Part shown: positions 1 through 9,259 of the stretch, piece after piece | Numbering within the stretch: position 1 is the stretch's first letter | How the letters are laid out: every line of letters begins with the position of its first letter | Notes under the pieces: generated by a model | Database searches by the model: none | What the model saw: the letters and a program-made list of their open reading frames with translations, nothing else | Told to the model about the DNA's origin: nothing | Program-made: the position numbers and the translations under genes | DNA from: a virus | Direction: 5' to 3' (one strand) | Virus record (IMG/VR): IMGVR_UViG_3300017728_000002 | Location: 1 to 64,000 of that record | Length of the DNA stretch: 64,000 nt

Positions 1-2781
1 GTCAGCGGCTAAAAAGCCAGAATACACCGTGAGAACGGCAATCTCTTCTTGGTAACCGCCTGCTTCAAACGCGTATGTAGTAGAAGTTCCACCTGCGTCA
101 ATAGAAGTAAGCGCAACGTCATAGGCCGAGCCTGTAGCATTGGTGTGAGGGTTAGTTAAGCCGCTGTTGTAAACCTCTAGCTCTACAAAATCCTCGTTGT
201 CTAGCCTTGTAATAGGCGCTCCGTATTCAGTAGGAGAGATGGTCCAATGCCAAGGGTCATTCCAAGTTGTTTCTGGGCTTTGCGCTACAGGAGCTTTTAC
301 GAATAGACGTGTCCATTCTCCAGGTAAATACTCTGGAGCAACTACAATGCGCAGAGAGTCAACGTTTTCGTTGAAACCTCTAGAGAAGGCTCCCACCATA
401 GTCTCTGCAACTTTGGTAGGGTTGTTGTTCAAGATGTAAAAAGCAGGGTTAACACCTACAGAGCTCTTGAATTGATTGGCAGTAGTGCCGTTGAAGTAAG
501 AATGGTAAGCCAGAGGAATGGTAGCCAGTCTGTAAGTCTCTCCAGCAGCGTTTTCGCCATGAAGTTCCAACAGGGTAACTACGTTCAAGCTGTCTAGACC
601 AGAGTATGAAAGTTCTTGTCCGTCGATAACGGGTGTTTGTTTAGACTCTACTACGCCATCAGCAGTAGCGTCCATTAGAACCATGGGCTGTTTGCCATAG
701 TCGTAAAAGTTTTCAATCACATCGGTAGCGTTGTATGCTATACCTGAGTATTCAGCTGGAGGATCTAAGACTTCAGCGCCCATGTTTTTGTAGGCAACTG
801 GCTTAGAAGCAGCACGGAGGTTTAGGTCTACCGAGCTCAAGTTGTAGCGTGCAGGATTGTATGGGTCTACATAGTTGAATCCTAGAATTCCATTGGGGTT
901 CATAAGCGAACCATGGCTAGCGTAGGTGTTGACCTGGGGAAATGTACCTGGGTTCAGGTTGAGCATGTCAAAAAACACCTCCCCATCGCCATAGGGTAGA
1001 GTGATGTAGTTGCTTACGATAGGAAGGGTAAGGTTCCGCTCTTCGTGGAAGACCTGTGTTGCAGGGATGTTTTGATCGTATTGAATGGCGTCGTACGCTT
1101 CAATCTCTCGCTTACTCATCACAGAAGGCAAGCCACTTACGTCATAAAATGCAAGCTGGCTGTAAGGAGCTTGTGTATGCACTTGCAGCGCTAGATCATG
1201 CAGGTTCAAAAAGTTTTGCGTCTTGTTCTGAATGAGGTTCAGTCCAGTAACGTCAATGAAGTGGTAGGCATACGATTCCTCGTTTGCATTGGCATTGATG
1301 TTTTGTACTTCAAGTTGGCTTACCCCTAGGATCGCTGGAGGGTTGACGTAATTGTTGATGTCAAAGTATCCGCTAGCTTCTACATACGTGTGATACATCG
1401 TGTCTCGGTAGTAGGTGCCTTCGTGGTCTTTGACATCGTCAGTCATGCGGTCAGTGTTGACCAATGTTTGCATGTATGTACCATCGTAGTTTCCTTCAAA
1501 ACTGAATGTGAAAGCAGTGTCTTCTGCAATGACCGCAGTAGGAATGTCAGTGATGTGGGTCATCCACGGCATGTGGATTTCACTGGTAGCGATAAGGTTT
1601 TGATACTCATCGGTACCTCCTGTGGCTCCGGTAGCCAGCTTTAAGAGCCTTTGGTCTGCGAACAGGTCGCTTAGTGTGTTGTCGTTGTTGCTATACAAAG
1701 GCATAGTTGCAACACCCATTTGCTTGTCAAAACCATACAATCCAATGGTTGGAATTCGCTTTTCAATTGAAATCTGTGATGATTCAAGGGTGAAGATGCC
1801 ACCTCCATCTAGCGCAACAGGACCTCCCCAATACTGATAAGAATCGTAATCAGGGTTAATGTGAGTGTCTTCAATGTCGTCAAACAGGGCTTGATAGGCC
1901 TGAAAGTTGGTTGGCTTCATGTAGGCGTTGTGTGCCAAGTACCCAAAGTCTTCTACCAAATCTTCTGCGTGTCCCCACGTAGACATTTGTATGGTAGGTC
2001 GTTCAGTGCTGCCATCAAAGTAGCTGATGCCAATGGTGTCTTGGATCATCTTGGTGGCTTGGTGCATGTTTACGTTGACCAGTCCAGTAGTAAACGGAAA
2101 GGCCAAGCTTCGGGCTTGACTTGATACAGCGCCATTCCAAGCTGCACTGTAGTCAGCTGCTCGGTAAATTTCTCGAGTTACTGTTCCGGTAATCTCTCCA
2201 CCTTTATCGTCGATGACGCAGGTATGATCAGCGCTGGCACTCAGAATCAAAGTGCCTCCAGGTTCAACGTTGATCGTGGAGTAAGAGTTGAGTACAAGAC
2301 CGTAGTTGACGGTGACCGTAGCGCCATCCGCAATGGTAATTGTAGTGCCTTCGTCAGCGAGCATGTAATCAAACTCAAACTGACCCAACCTAAACTTAAA
2401 CTCAGGCTGTTCCGGGTTTTGGAGCTTGTCAGGGTTGATTTGCATATGTGTCTCAAACACAACAGCGTTCAACGCAGGGTTACTAGGGTGGTTGCCAATG
2501 CCTCCGTGACCTTTCAACCCGTAGGTAAACTTGGTTAGGTCATGACCAGAAGGAATGGTGATGTCCAAAGAGTATGGCTGCTCTTCGCCCCAATAAGCAA
2601 ACGAAGCAGAGTCTGTCTCGAAATCTGAACACAGCTGCCCATTTATCAAGATGTAAGCATTGTCTCCAGGCAGACCTAAGCCTGACCAAGAAGACAAATT
2701 ATTACATGATGAATTAATGTCAGGCTGTGCGCTTGCGCCTACTATTAATAAAAGCGCAATACTTGTAAATAGATGCTTCAT
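1..2781 (-). CDS. Large secreted-type protein with signal peptide (>927 aa, truncated at window start); resembles Bacteroidota exported/T9SS-cargo-like proteins
   Basis: Manual translation from ATG 2781: MKHLFTSIALLLIVGASAQPDINSSC..., a Sec-type signal with an A-S-A|Q cleavage site. The frame was open wherever checked. It is absent from the ORF track because no stop lies in the window. Confidence 0.8.
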   Translation of the reverse strand, partial: MKHLFTSIALLLIVGASAQPDINSSCNNLSSWSGLGLPGDNAYILINGQLCSDFETDSASFAYWGEEQPYSLDITIPSGHDLTKFTYGLKGHGGIGNHPSNPALNAVVFETHMQINPDKLQNPEQPEFKFRLGQFEFDYMLADEGTTITIADGATVTVNYGLVLNSYSTINVEPGGTLILSASADHTCVIDDKGGEITGTVTREIYRAADYSAAWNGAVSSQARSLAFPFTTGLVNVNMHQATKMIQDTIGISYFDGSTERPTIQMSTWGHAEDLVEDFGYLAHNAYMKPTNFQAYQALFDDIEDTHINPDYDSYQYWGGPVALDGGGIFTLESSQISIEKRIPTIGLYGFDKQMGVATMPLYSNNDNTLSDLFADQRLLKLATGATGGTDEYQNLIATSEIHMPWMTHITDIPTAVIAEDTAFTFSFEGNYDGTYMQTLVNTDRMTDDVKDHEGTYYRDTMYHTYVEASGYFDINNYVNPPAILGVSQLEVQNINANANEESYAYHFIDVTGLNLIQNKTQNFLNLHDLALQVHTQAPYSQLAFYDVSGLPSVMSKREIEAYDAIQYDQNIPATQVFHEERNLTLPIVSNYITLPYGDGEVFFDMLNLNPGTFPQVNTYASHGSLMNPNGILGFNYVDPYNPARYNLSSVDLNLRAASKPVAYKNMGAEVLDPPAEYSGIAYNATDVIENFYDYGKQPMVLMDATADGVVESKQTPVIDGQELSYSGLDSLNVVTLLELHGENAAGETYRLATIPLAYHSYFNGTTANQFKSSVGVNPAFYILNNNPTKVAETMVGAFSRGFNENVDSLRIVVAPEYLPGEWTRLFVKAPVAQSPETTWNDPWHWTISPTEYGAPITRLDNEDFVELEVYNSGLTNPHTNATGSAYDVALTSIDAGGTSTTYAFEAGGYQEEIAVLTVYSGFLAAD

Positions 2782-2856
2782 TACAGAAGAATTAGGAAGG
2801 TATGCGCTCTTTAATGTAACGCATACCCTCCATATTCCAAATAATGTTTTGAGATA

Positions 2857-3105
2857 TCAGTAGTCTTTAGGGTCTGATATATAGTCTATTTCAAAAACTA
2901 CATCGGTGTGCTCATTGGCGTCAACAGCGTTACTGATGATTTGCTTTTGACATTCTTTTACGATGGCTTCTGCATCGTTTTCAGAAGTAGCAGACACAGA
3001 TGTAGTGTGTACGTAGGTAACCGTAACTGAAACCTGTACTTGATACTCATACTCATCCACTTCAGGAGGAGCCAAGTATTTGTCGTTATCTAGATCTAAA
3101 GGCAT
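2857..3105 (-). CDS. Hypothetical acidic phage protein (82 aa)
   Basis: ORF coupled to the upstream gene by a stop/start overlap at 3105. Confidence 0.7.
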   Translation of the reverse strand: MPLDLDNDKYLAPPEVDEYEYQVQVSVTVTYVHTTSVSATSENDAEAIVKECQKQIISNAVDANEHTDVVFEIDYISDPKDY

Positions 3106-3500
3106 TAGAGAGTTTCTTCATCCCAGGTGATGGTGGGTTTAATCACAGTGATTTTATTCTCTATGACTTTCAGCTTACCAAAGTCTAAAGGGTCTTCTCC
3201 ATCCCATGTCATGGTTCCGGTGACCTTCAGGTTGTATGGCTTGAGCCTTCTAGAAATTAGAATCTTCAGCCATTTACCTACGCTGTGTGCTTTCTCTCCA
3301 TGAATCTCAAGTTGATACTCTGAGATGTCTGTTGTGAAGTATTGGTTTTGGCGTTGTACGATTGTCCAAGGGCAATACATACTTGGCGTAACCGTAGAAG
3401 CATGTTCTTTATGTATGAACTCCTCTATTCGTTTTATCTCCTTTGGAAGTGGGGTAGGAGAGATTACTAAACCTCCACTCCAGTGTACGTTGTATCCCAT
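3105..3500 (-). CDS. Hypothetical phage protein (131 aa)
   Basis: Coupled to the polymerase stop; MGY..W.G start and W.GED..D.G end seen in small phage proteins. Confidence 0.75.
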   Translation of the reverse strand: MGYNVHWSGGLVISPTPLPKEIKRIEEFIHKEHASTVTPSMYCPWTIVQRQNQYFTTDISEYQLEIHGEKAHSVGKWLKILISRRLKPYNLKVTGTMTWDGEDPLDFGKLKVIENKITVIKPTITWDEETL

Positions 3501-5413
3501 TATTTTTCCCAGGCGTTTGCTGTAGTTGTATCGGCTTTGAGTAAGCCGTTGGTGATGATGGACTTGCCTGCTGCCTCCATATGGACAGTGATACGCTTGG
3601 AGTAGTGGGATATGCGATCAGTCTTGACGATAAAGTCAATTTGATCATGAACCACCATCACCATTTGTATGTCAGGGTCGCCTTGAAATTCTTGTCTGCA
3701 TCTGATCATTGCTTCTTTGGTCATGTCTCCTGCAGTTCCTTGAATGGGAGTGTTGCGAGACATGCGGTCAATCTTTCCTAGTTCTACTTTGGCTGTAGCG
3801 CGCCCTTTCCATTCCGGGAAGTAGCGAATGCGCTTGTACGGATCCATGGTACGGATGTAGCCCTTCTTCTTTCCGTCAGTTGCATTGCCGTCGAGGTATG
3901 CTTTGATGGAAGGAAAGACTTTGAAGTACTGCTGGATTAGTTCTTCTGCTTCTTTGACGTCTATCTGTAGCTGTGCCGAGAGCTTATTGGGTCCCATGCC
4001 GTAGGCCAGACCGAAGTTGATGCTCTTGACGGCTGTCCTTAAGGTTTTGTGTTTGGGACAGCTGCACTTTTGTTTGCTCTCAACGTACTCGCACCCGGGT
4101 CCCGCAGCTGCTCTCCACTCATCACCGTAGACGAGATCCGCACAGACTGAGTGAAGGTCTTCTCCTCTTTCAAGCGCGGCGAGCCAAACAGGATCTTGCG
4201 AACCATACGCGATAATGCAGAGTTCTTGAGACGAGAAGTCCGACGAGATGTACGACCACCCTTCAGGGCAGATAAAACAGTTGCGATATTCATTGTTGCT
4301 AGGTATTTGTTGCATGTTGGGACTGGCACTGCTGACCCGTCCCGTTCTAAGAATTTGTTGAAAGCGTGTGTGGACTTTGCCATCTGACTTGACGTATTTG
4401 TTAAGCCACTCCTCGCCAAATGCAGAAGAGAGCTTGGCACTTTCTCGATAGCTGATGTACATATCGATTAAGTCATGATCTGACCGGTGTGCCGTAGCCA
4501 AGAACTTGGTGTCGCAGTTCTCAAGCTTTGGAATAACAGTCTGCAGGATCGGCAGCACTTGCGCAGGGCTAGACCAATTGATGTCTACTGAAGCATTTAA
4601 GTCTTCTTCAGCAGTTCCAAATAGGGTAGTTTGATATGCGTGTGGTGCAAACCCAGCAAAAGTTGGATCTCGTAAGATGATGCCGTCCATGCATGCACTG
4701 AACATAAGTGCCTTAAGCTCTTGTGTACGTGCCAAAGCTGCCCAACCTTCAGTATCTACTAGCATGCCGTTGTACTCGATGTCACCGAATGCCAGGCAAG
4801 CTCCGTTTTCCAGCTTTGCACAATGCAGCAAATCACTTTGCTTTAGGTGTGCAATCTGTCCAAGTCGTACTTGTTCTAGGTATTGAACGTCAGCTGCTGC
4901 GTACAGCAATTGATCATACGTGAATTCAGTACTGTTGAAGTTGATGAAGCTGGTTTGCTGTGCTTTGGAGATTTCATTGCCTGTGTAGCGTTGGATTACG
5001 CCACTGAGCTTGTAAAATCCTTTCGGTACAACTTCACCATTGTGCAAAAGCTTTTCAATGAGCATGGTGTCCCACACGTTGTTGAGCACCACCCCTGCTT
5101 TCTTCAAAAACTTGTAGTCAAACACTGCGTTGTGCAAGAGCTTCATGCGCTTGTCAGTGAGCAACACTCCAATCTCTGGGTACATCGTTTGACGTACATC
5201 AAAGATGACCTGGTCGGTGGCGTTGCCCACTTGCACAAGCAGCAAAGAGTCTTCAATAAAGTCTAACCCAGTAGTCTCGCAGTCCAGTTGTAGAAAAGGA
5301 CTTTGACTCAAGACATCTAGGGCTTGGCTTGCAGTGATGTGTGTGATTTGACCTTGGTAGTCAAGTCTGTTTTGGGCAGTTACCAAGTAAATCATAGAGG
5401 AACCGAGTTCCAT
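3500..5413 (-). CDS. polA: Family A DNA polymerase with 3'-5' exonuclease domain
   Basis: Exo motifs LDCETTG, HNAVFD, YAAAD; polymerase motifs TGRVSSASPNMQQIP, DFSSQEL, KSINFGLAYG, NTPIQGTAGD, VHDQ. Confidence 0.97.
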   Translation of the reverse strand: MELGSSMIYLVTAQNRLDYQGQITHITASQALDVLSQSPFLQLDCETTGLDFIEDSLLLVQVGNATDQVIFDVRQTMYPEIGVLLTDKRMKLLHNAVFDYKFLKKAGVVLNNVWDTMLIEKLLHNGEVVPKGFYKLSGVIQRYTGNEISKAQQTSFINFNSTEFTYDQLLYAAADVQYLEQVRLGQIAHLKQSDLLHCAKLENGACLAFGDIEYNGMLVDTEGWAALARTQELKALMFSACMDGIILRDPTFAGFAPHAYQTTLFGTAEEDLNASVDINWSSPAQVLPILQTVIPKLENCDTKFLATAHRSDHDLIDMYISYRESAKLSSAFGEEWLNKYVKSDGKVHTRFQQILRTGRVSSASPNMQQIPSNNEYRNCFICPEGWSYISSDFSSQELCIIAYGSQDPVWLAALERGEDLHSVCADLVYGDEWRAAAGPGCEYVESKQKCSCPKHKTLRTAVKSINFGLAYGMGPNKLSAQLQIDVKEAEELIQQYFKVFPSIKAYLDGNATDGKKKGYIRTMDPYKRIRYFPEWKGRATAKVELGKIDRMSRNTPIQGTAGDMTKEAMIRCRQEFQGDPDIQMVMVVHDQIDFIVKTDRISHYSKRITVHMEAAGKSIITNGLLKADTTTANAWEK

Positions 5414-5820
5414 TCAGATCGTGGCCGTTGCACAGAGATGTAATACTGCCAGTGTGGGGCAGATTCTGTCCAAAAGTCACGCTCTTTGTACCGCCAAAAG
5501 TTGTATTTGAAACCGTCTTTGGCTTTGACAGTATACCTAAAGCGTCCTTCGAGTTCGAAGTACATAGGCCTACCGCTGATGTTTGCCCAAAGCTGCAATG
5601 CGTCGTCTTTGAGGTCTGTACTCCACATCCAACCATAGCGAGACTCATACCAAGTAGAGCACTCATAAGGGCCGTTGTAGTTGTATGTCCCAGCGGGGAC
5701 AGGGTCATGAACATATGCTGGACATAGTTCACGGTTTAAATAGCATCCGCTTAGCAAACAGATCGCTCCAAGAGCAATGCTTCCCCTAAAAACTTCTGCT
5801 GTACATCGAATGAAGGACAT
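5392..5820 (-). CDS. Putative lipoprotein (142 aa)
   Basis: Hydrophobic stretch plus lipobox-like LLSGC; fills the gap between amidase and polA; start uncertain. Confidence 0.55.
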   Translation of the reverse strand: MSFIRCTAEVFRGSIALGAICLLSGCYLNRELCPAYVHDPVPAGTYNYNGPYECSTWYESRYGWMWSTDLKDDALQLWANISGRPMYFELEGRFRYTVKAKDGFKYNFWRYKERDFWTESAPHWQYYISVQRPRSEWNSVPL

Positions 5821-6203
5821 GCTTTGTTTGAGATTTGATTGTGTCCAATAACCTTTAGGGGTTGCTGTAGAATGGTTCCTAAAGACAGGATCAACGCACT
5901 CATTGCAGTGTGTTGCTTTTCATTTAAAGTGTCTTTAGGGTTCATTGCTGCATCGCATCCTCCAGCATAACAAATGCCTATGCTTTGGCCGTTGTGTCCT
6001 TGCGCATGGGCTCCGACTTTGTCAATGTGCCGTCCGATATGAACGTTACCGTCTAGATCTATGAAATAGTGGTATCCCACCATATCAAAATCACGTGCTT
6101 TGTGCCACCTGTCGATGTCTTCGATGGTGACTTCACGGTTTTCAGGAGTGGCTGAGCAATGGATAACAATGGTGTGTATTGTAGAGAGTGGTCTTGTAGC
6201 CAT
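5751..6203 (-). CDS. N-acetylmuramoyl-L-alanine amidase (T7 lysozyme/Amidase_2 type endolysin)
   Basis: IVIHCSAT, GYHYFI, GAHAQGHN..SIGICYAGG, GH..KACPSFD Zn ligands; likely start MATRP at 6203 (track start 6260). Confidence 0.93.
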   Translation of the reverse strand: MATRPLSTIHTIVIHCSATPENREVTIEDIDRWHKARDFDMVGYHYFIDLDGNVHIGRHIDKVGAHAQGHNGQSIGICYAGGCDAAMNPKDTLNEKQHTAMSALILSLGTILQQPLKVIGHNQISNKACPSFDVQQKFLGEALLLERSVC

Positions 6204-6207
6204 AGAA

Positions 6208-6501
6208 TTAATAGAGATGAATGGTTTCAAAATCTGGACATTCATTTGTCCAGCAGTCACCTTGGAACATTAAGCTGTCCCAGTTTGAACTTGCTTCTTC
6301 GATGATCATGCCATCGATGGTTGCAGAAACGATAGACTGAACTTTGTCACAGCACTTGGCGTCACATTGAGTCCAGTCTAAATAGTGGGCAACACCGTCT
6401 TTGTAGCCCCAGGTGTATAGATCCATCTGGATTGTAGGTCCAGTGCATGCCGTTGGTGTAAGCAACAGGGCGAGTAAAAAAAGGGTTATGCCGCGATACA
6501 T
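6208..6501 (-). CDS. Putative small lipoprotein (97 aa)
   Basis: Signal-like MYRGITLFLLALLLTPTAC; Cys-rich mature part. Confidence 0.6.
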   Translation of the reverse strand: MYRGITLFLLALLLTPTACTGPTIQMDLYTWGYKDGVAHYLDWTQCDAKCCDKVQSIVSATIDGMIIEEASSNWDSLMFQGDCWTNECPDFETIHLY

Positions 6502-6741
6502 AGAGATAGAGAGTAGAGAAGGAAGGCGTAAAGAGCAACCAGAGCCCAGGAGAGTTTAGTCTCACGAGGTAGATGCCATAAACGGGAGAGAGTTCCGCTG
6601 AACATACAAAAGATTTAGCTGTAATAGTAAGTGACGGGGGTTAATCGTCTTTGCTATGCGCAATAAAAACCTGTAAAACCCTACTGAGGGAGAGAACCAC
6701 CTTCGTCCTCCCCCCTTTCGAGTTTTTCGCTATGAAAAATG

Positions 6742-7377
6742 CTATCTGTACTGCTTGTTTACAGCAGTTTCTGTAATAGACATGATGTCTTCACAGCGTG
6801 CTTTCATGTCATCAGTGACATAGTCACCTTCTAAGAAATTGCGCAAGTCTGCGTTGTTCTCAACTGCCAGTTGAAACTCGCTAACCCAAGCGTCTTCTCC
6901 GAAGATAGAATAAATGGCTTTATTCATGTCTTCCTCACGAGTGCAGATATATTCCTTGTTGATGTGGCCGTTGATGATGGTGGTTATGCCAGCATACATG
7001 TAGCATTCGTCAAGGTATCTAATGGTAGAATCTACCTTGTGGTCTTTGCTCAGTTCAATTAAAGCTTGGATGCAAGGGTTCCATGCAGTGTGCCACTTGC
7101 ATGTCAAAATACTGTCAGCAGCAAATCCGGCATGTTCCGGCACCATTTGAGTGTGCACGTCACGAACGTAATAGACATCCCACTTGGTTCCCCAAGCTTG
7201 GACTCTACGAGAGTTTAGCTCCTTAGCATAATTCTCGTTTGGATCACCTACAAAGGTTTTGAGAAACCCTGGGTGTTTACTGTGGTTGGTTGCAATGGCT
7301 TTGAGAAGCTCGCCCATCTTGTCTATGATAGGCGTTGGTCCTTGCAACCGTACTTCGGTGTAGGTATTGTTTGGCAT
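6742..7377 (-). CDS. DUF1281/YubB-like ferredoxin-fold phage protein
   Basis: MPN start, WGTKWD and TAW.P motifs characteristic of the family. Confidence 0.75.
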   Translation of the reverse strand: MPNNTYTEVRLQGPTPIIDKMGELLKAIATNHSKHPGFLKTFVGDPNENYAKELNSRRVQAWGTKWDVYYVRDVHTQMVPEHAGFAADSILTCKWHTAWNPCIQALIELSKDHKVDSTIRYLDECYMYAGITTIINGHINKEYICTREEDMNKAIYSIFGEDAWVSEFQLAVENNADLRNFLEGDYVTDDMKARCEDIMSITETAVNKQYR

Positions 7378-7465
7378 AACAATAGGAAGAAGGCGTGAGC
7401 TAGCAGAACCGTAACTGCTATGACAAACTCGGTTTTTGATTAGCTCACTAAGCCTTCAATCAGCT

Positions 7466-7954
7466 TTAGACGTCAAGCGTAGCGCCTTTAGTGACTGTAG
7501 CTTCTTCTCCGGTAGTCTCCACAATGGAAACCGGAAGGACCATTTCGCCGCCTGGCTTGTAGCCATCCCAACGCATCATGGTAGCCAAAGACTTAGCCCA
7601 TGTAGCGCTGCCTTCGAAGTCTGGGACAAACAACGTAGCGGAAGTGTACGACTTGCCCTTGATGTCGTATGGCTGTACGTCACAACGCATAGGCTGGCCC
7701 ATAACGGGAGCGCCAATTGCCATTGGGAACAAGTGGTTCCATGGGCTGTCTACTCCGTCCTTCCATGAGTTGACTACAAAAGTCTTGCTCTTGGATACCA
7801 CCACTTCTTCGGTGCTGGTAATGGGGTTAAACCGAGTCACTGCTTGTTGAGCTGTGATGGTGATGGTGGCATATTCGTGGCCTTTGATGTCCGTTTTAGT
7901 GTCGGAGCGGTCTGTAATGGCTGCGAACCATTCGTTCTGTGATGCTGTAGGCAT
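7466..7954 (-). CDS. Hypothetical protein, possibly ssDNA-binding (beta-rich)
   Basis: 162-aa ORF in the replication arm; function inferred from composition and context only. Confidence 0.5.
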   Translation of the reverse strand: MPTASQNEWFAAITDRSDTKTDIKGHEYATITITAQQAVTRFNPITSTEEVVVSKSKTFVVNSWKDGVDSPWNHLFPMAIGAPVMGQPMRCDVQPYDIKGKSYTSATLFVPDFEGSATWAKSLATMMRWDGYKPGGEMVLPVSIVETTGEEATVTKGATLDV

Positions 7955-7972
7955 ATCTGTATTGTTTAATGT

Positions 7973-8197
7973 TTAGAGAGTTGTGTCTATTTGAAAGGCT
8001 GACACAGCCGTGTAGAGAGTTGCTATCATTTCTTCATCGCGAAACACATAAAATGCTTCGTGAATCTGCTGCTGATAGCGCGCAGGGAGGGTGCCAGTGA
8101 GGAATTCGTAACGCAGTTGATTGGATGGTGACAGGAATAGTAAAAAGTCACCTCGGTTGATAGCGGCGTTCAATTGCTTTGGCTTTCTCAAGTTCAT
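7973..8197 (-). CDS. Hypothetical protein (74 aa)
   Basis: ORF in a tightly packed minus-strand operon. Confidence 0.55.
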   Translation of the reverse strand: MNLRKPKQLNAAINRGDFLLFLSPSNQLRYEFLTGTLPARYQQQIHEAFYVFRDEEMIATLYTAVSAFQIDTTL

Positions 8198-8498
8198 CTT
8201 CTGTAAGAGTTAGTATGCGTATATGGGTTTGCTTTATGAGGTCCTGGCAAAGTGCGCAGTCCTCATATTGTTCTGTTTCTAGGTAAGCTTCAATGGCATG
8301 CTTGAGCGCCCAAGGCCATTGAGTGATTGAGTATTCGACGCTGAATGGGTCGCTTAAAGTCAACACGTGGATGTTGTTCTTTAAGCACTGTTGTACACCT
8401 TTGACTACGTACTGGATCCACTTGGTGCGGAGCCGCTGAGCAGTCTTAGGTTTAGGAGCATCTTGCTGATCGTCGTGATCAGGACTTAGAGTTTCCAT
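8148..8498 (-). CDS. Hypothetical protein with UVR-like (UvrB/UvrC) motif
   Basis: AIEAYLETEQYEDCALCQDLI resembles the UVR coiled-coil motif (A...E.YE.AA..RD.I). Confidence 0.6.
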   Translation of the reverse strand: METLSPDHDDQQDAPKPKTAQRLRTKWIQYVVKGVQQCLKNNIHVLTLSDPFSVEYSITQWPWALKHAIEAYLETEQYEDCALCQDLIKQTHIRILTLTEDELEKAKAIERRYQPR

Positions 8499-8991
8499 GG
8501 TTGATGTCAGATTCCGCTACATTCAAAGCATCCTCGAGAACCTGTACCGTAAAGAGCTTGCGCTGTTGTGGGTCGTTGGTAGCAGGAGCTTCAGACTGTT
8601 CCCACAGATCAAGGTCATCTTCGGTCAAGTCTGGTGGAGGCGGAGGTGGAGGAGAGTGCTTGAGAGACTCTATCTCTGCTTCTAATGCTGCTATGGCTCT
8701 GTGACTGAGTTCAAGATGATGCTCTAAGTCTTGGCCTGTTTCTAGCAAGCCATCGATAGAGTTCTTTAAGTCACGCTTGACAGCAATATGAAGCCGACCT
8801 TCCTTACGGATGGTGTTCAGGTCTTTGCGAAGCTTCTTGTTGACCTCGGAGAGCTCATTGATGTAGTCATCAATAGCTACGTAGCCGTCAGACTCCGCTT
8901 TAACGCGTTGCCGGTGTGCGAAATATGAAGCTGTTGCAGCTAGAATGACGCAAATGGACAAGATGATGCCCAAGTAAAACATGTTAATCAT
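8479..8991 (-). CDS. Membrane-anchored coiled-coil protein with poly-Pro
   Basis: N-terminal TM segment, heptad region, PPPPPPP run. Confidence 0.7.
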   Translation of the reverse strand: MINMFYLGIILSICVILAATASYFAHRQRVKAESDGYVAIDDYINELSEVNKKLRKDLNTIRKEGRLHIAVKRDLKNSIDGLLETGQDLEHHLELSHRAIAALEAEIESLKHSPPPPPPPDLTEDDLDLWEQSEAPATNDPQQRKLFTVQVLEDALNVAESDINHGNSKS

Positions 8992-9205
8992 GGTGTAAAG
9001 AATTAGAGAGTTTTAGTGTTTGAATGTTTATGCCTTGTGCTGTGGCATTAGGCTCAATACGGAACTCGTTGAACATGTACTGTCCGACGATGTCCTTAGC
9101 TTCAGTTGGGTCGGTAGCCCATACTATTAAACCGGTGGGGAGATTGTTTGTGATGATTGAATAAGCCTGCTTAGCAGACCGAATGCGTGTAGAGAGTAGA
9201 GACAT
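8984..9205 (-). CDS. Hypothetical early protein
   Basis: Likely start MSLLSTR at 9205, just downstream of the promoter motif at 9243-9255. Confidence 0.6.
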   Translation of the reverse strand: MSLLSTRIRSAKQAYSIITNNLPTGLIVWATDPTEAKDIVGQYMFNEFRIEPNATAQGINIQTLKLSNSLHHD

Positions 9206-9259
9206 GGTGTAGAGAAATGAAGGAACGCTACCCCACACCATAGTCTTCTTTTTACGATA

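Noticed and set aside
197-2538. Short plus-strand ORFs in the track
   Set aside because: Antisense shadows of the long minus-strand ORF 1-2781
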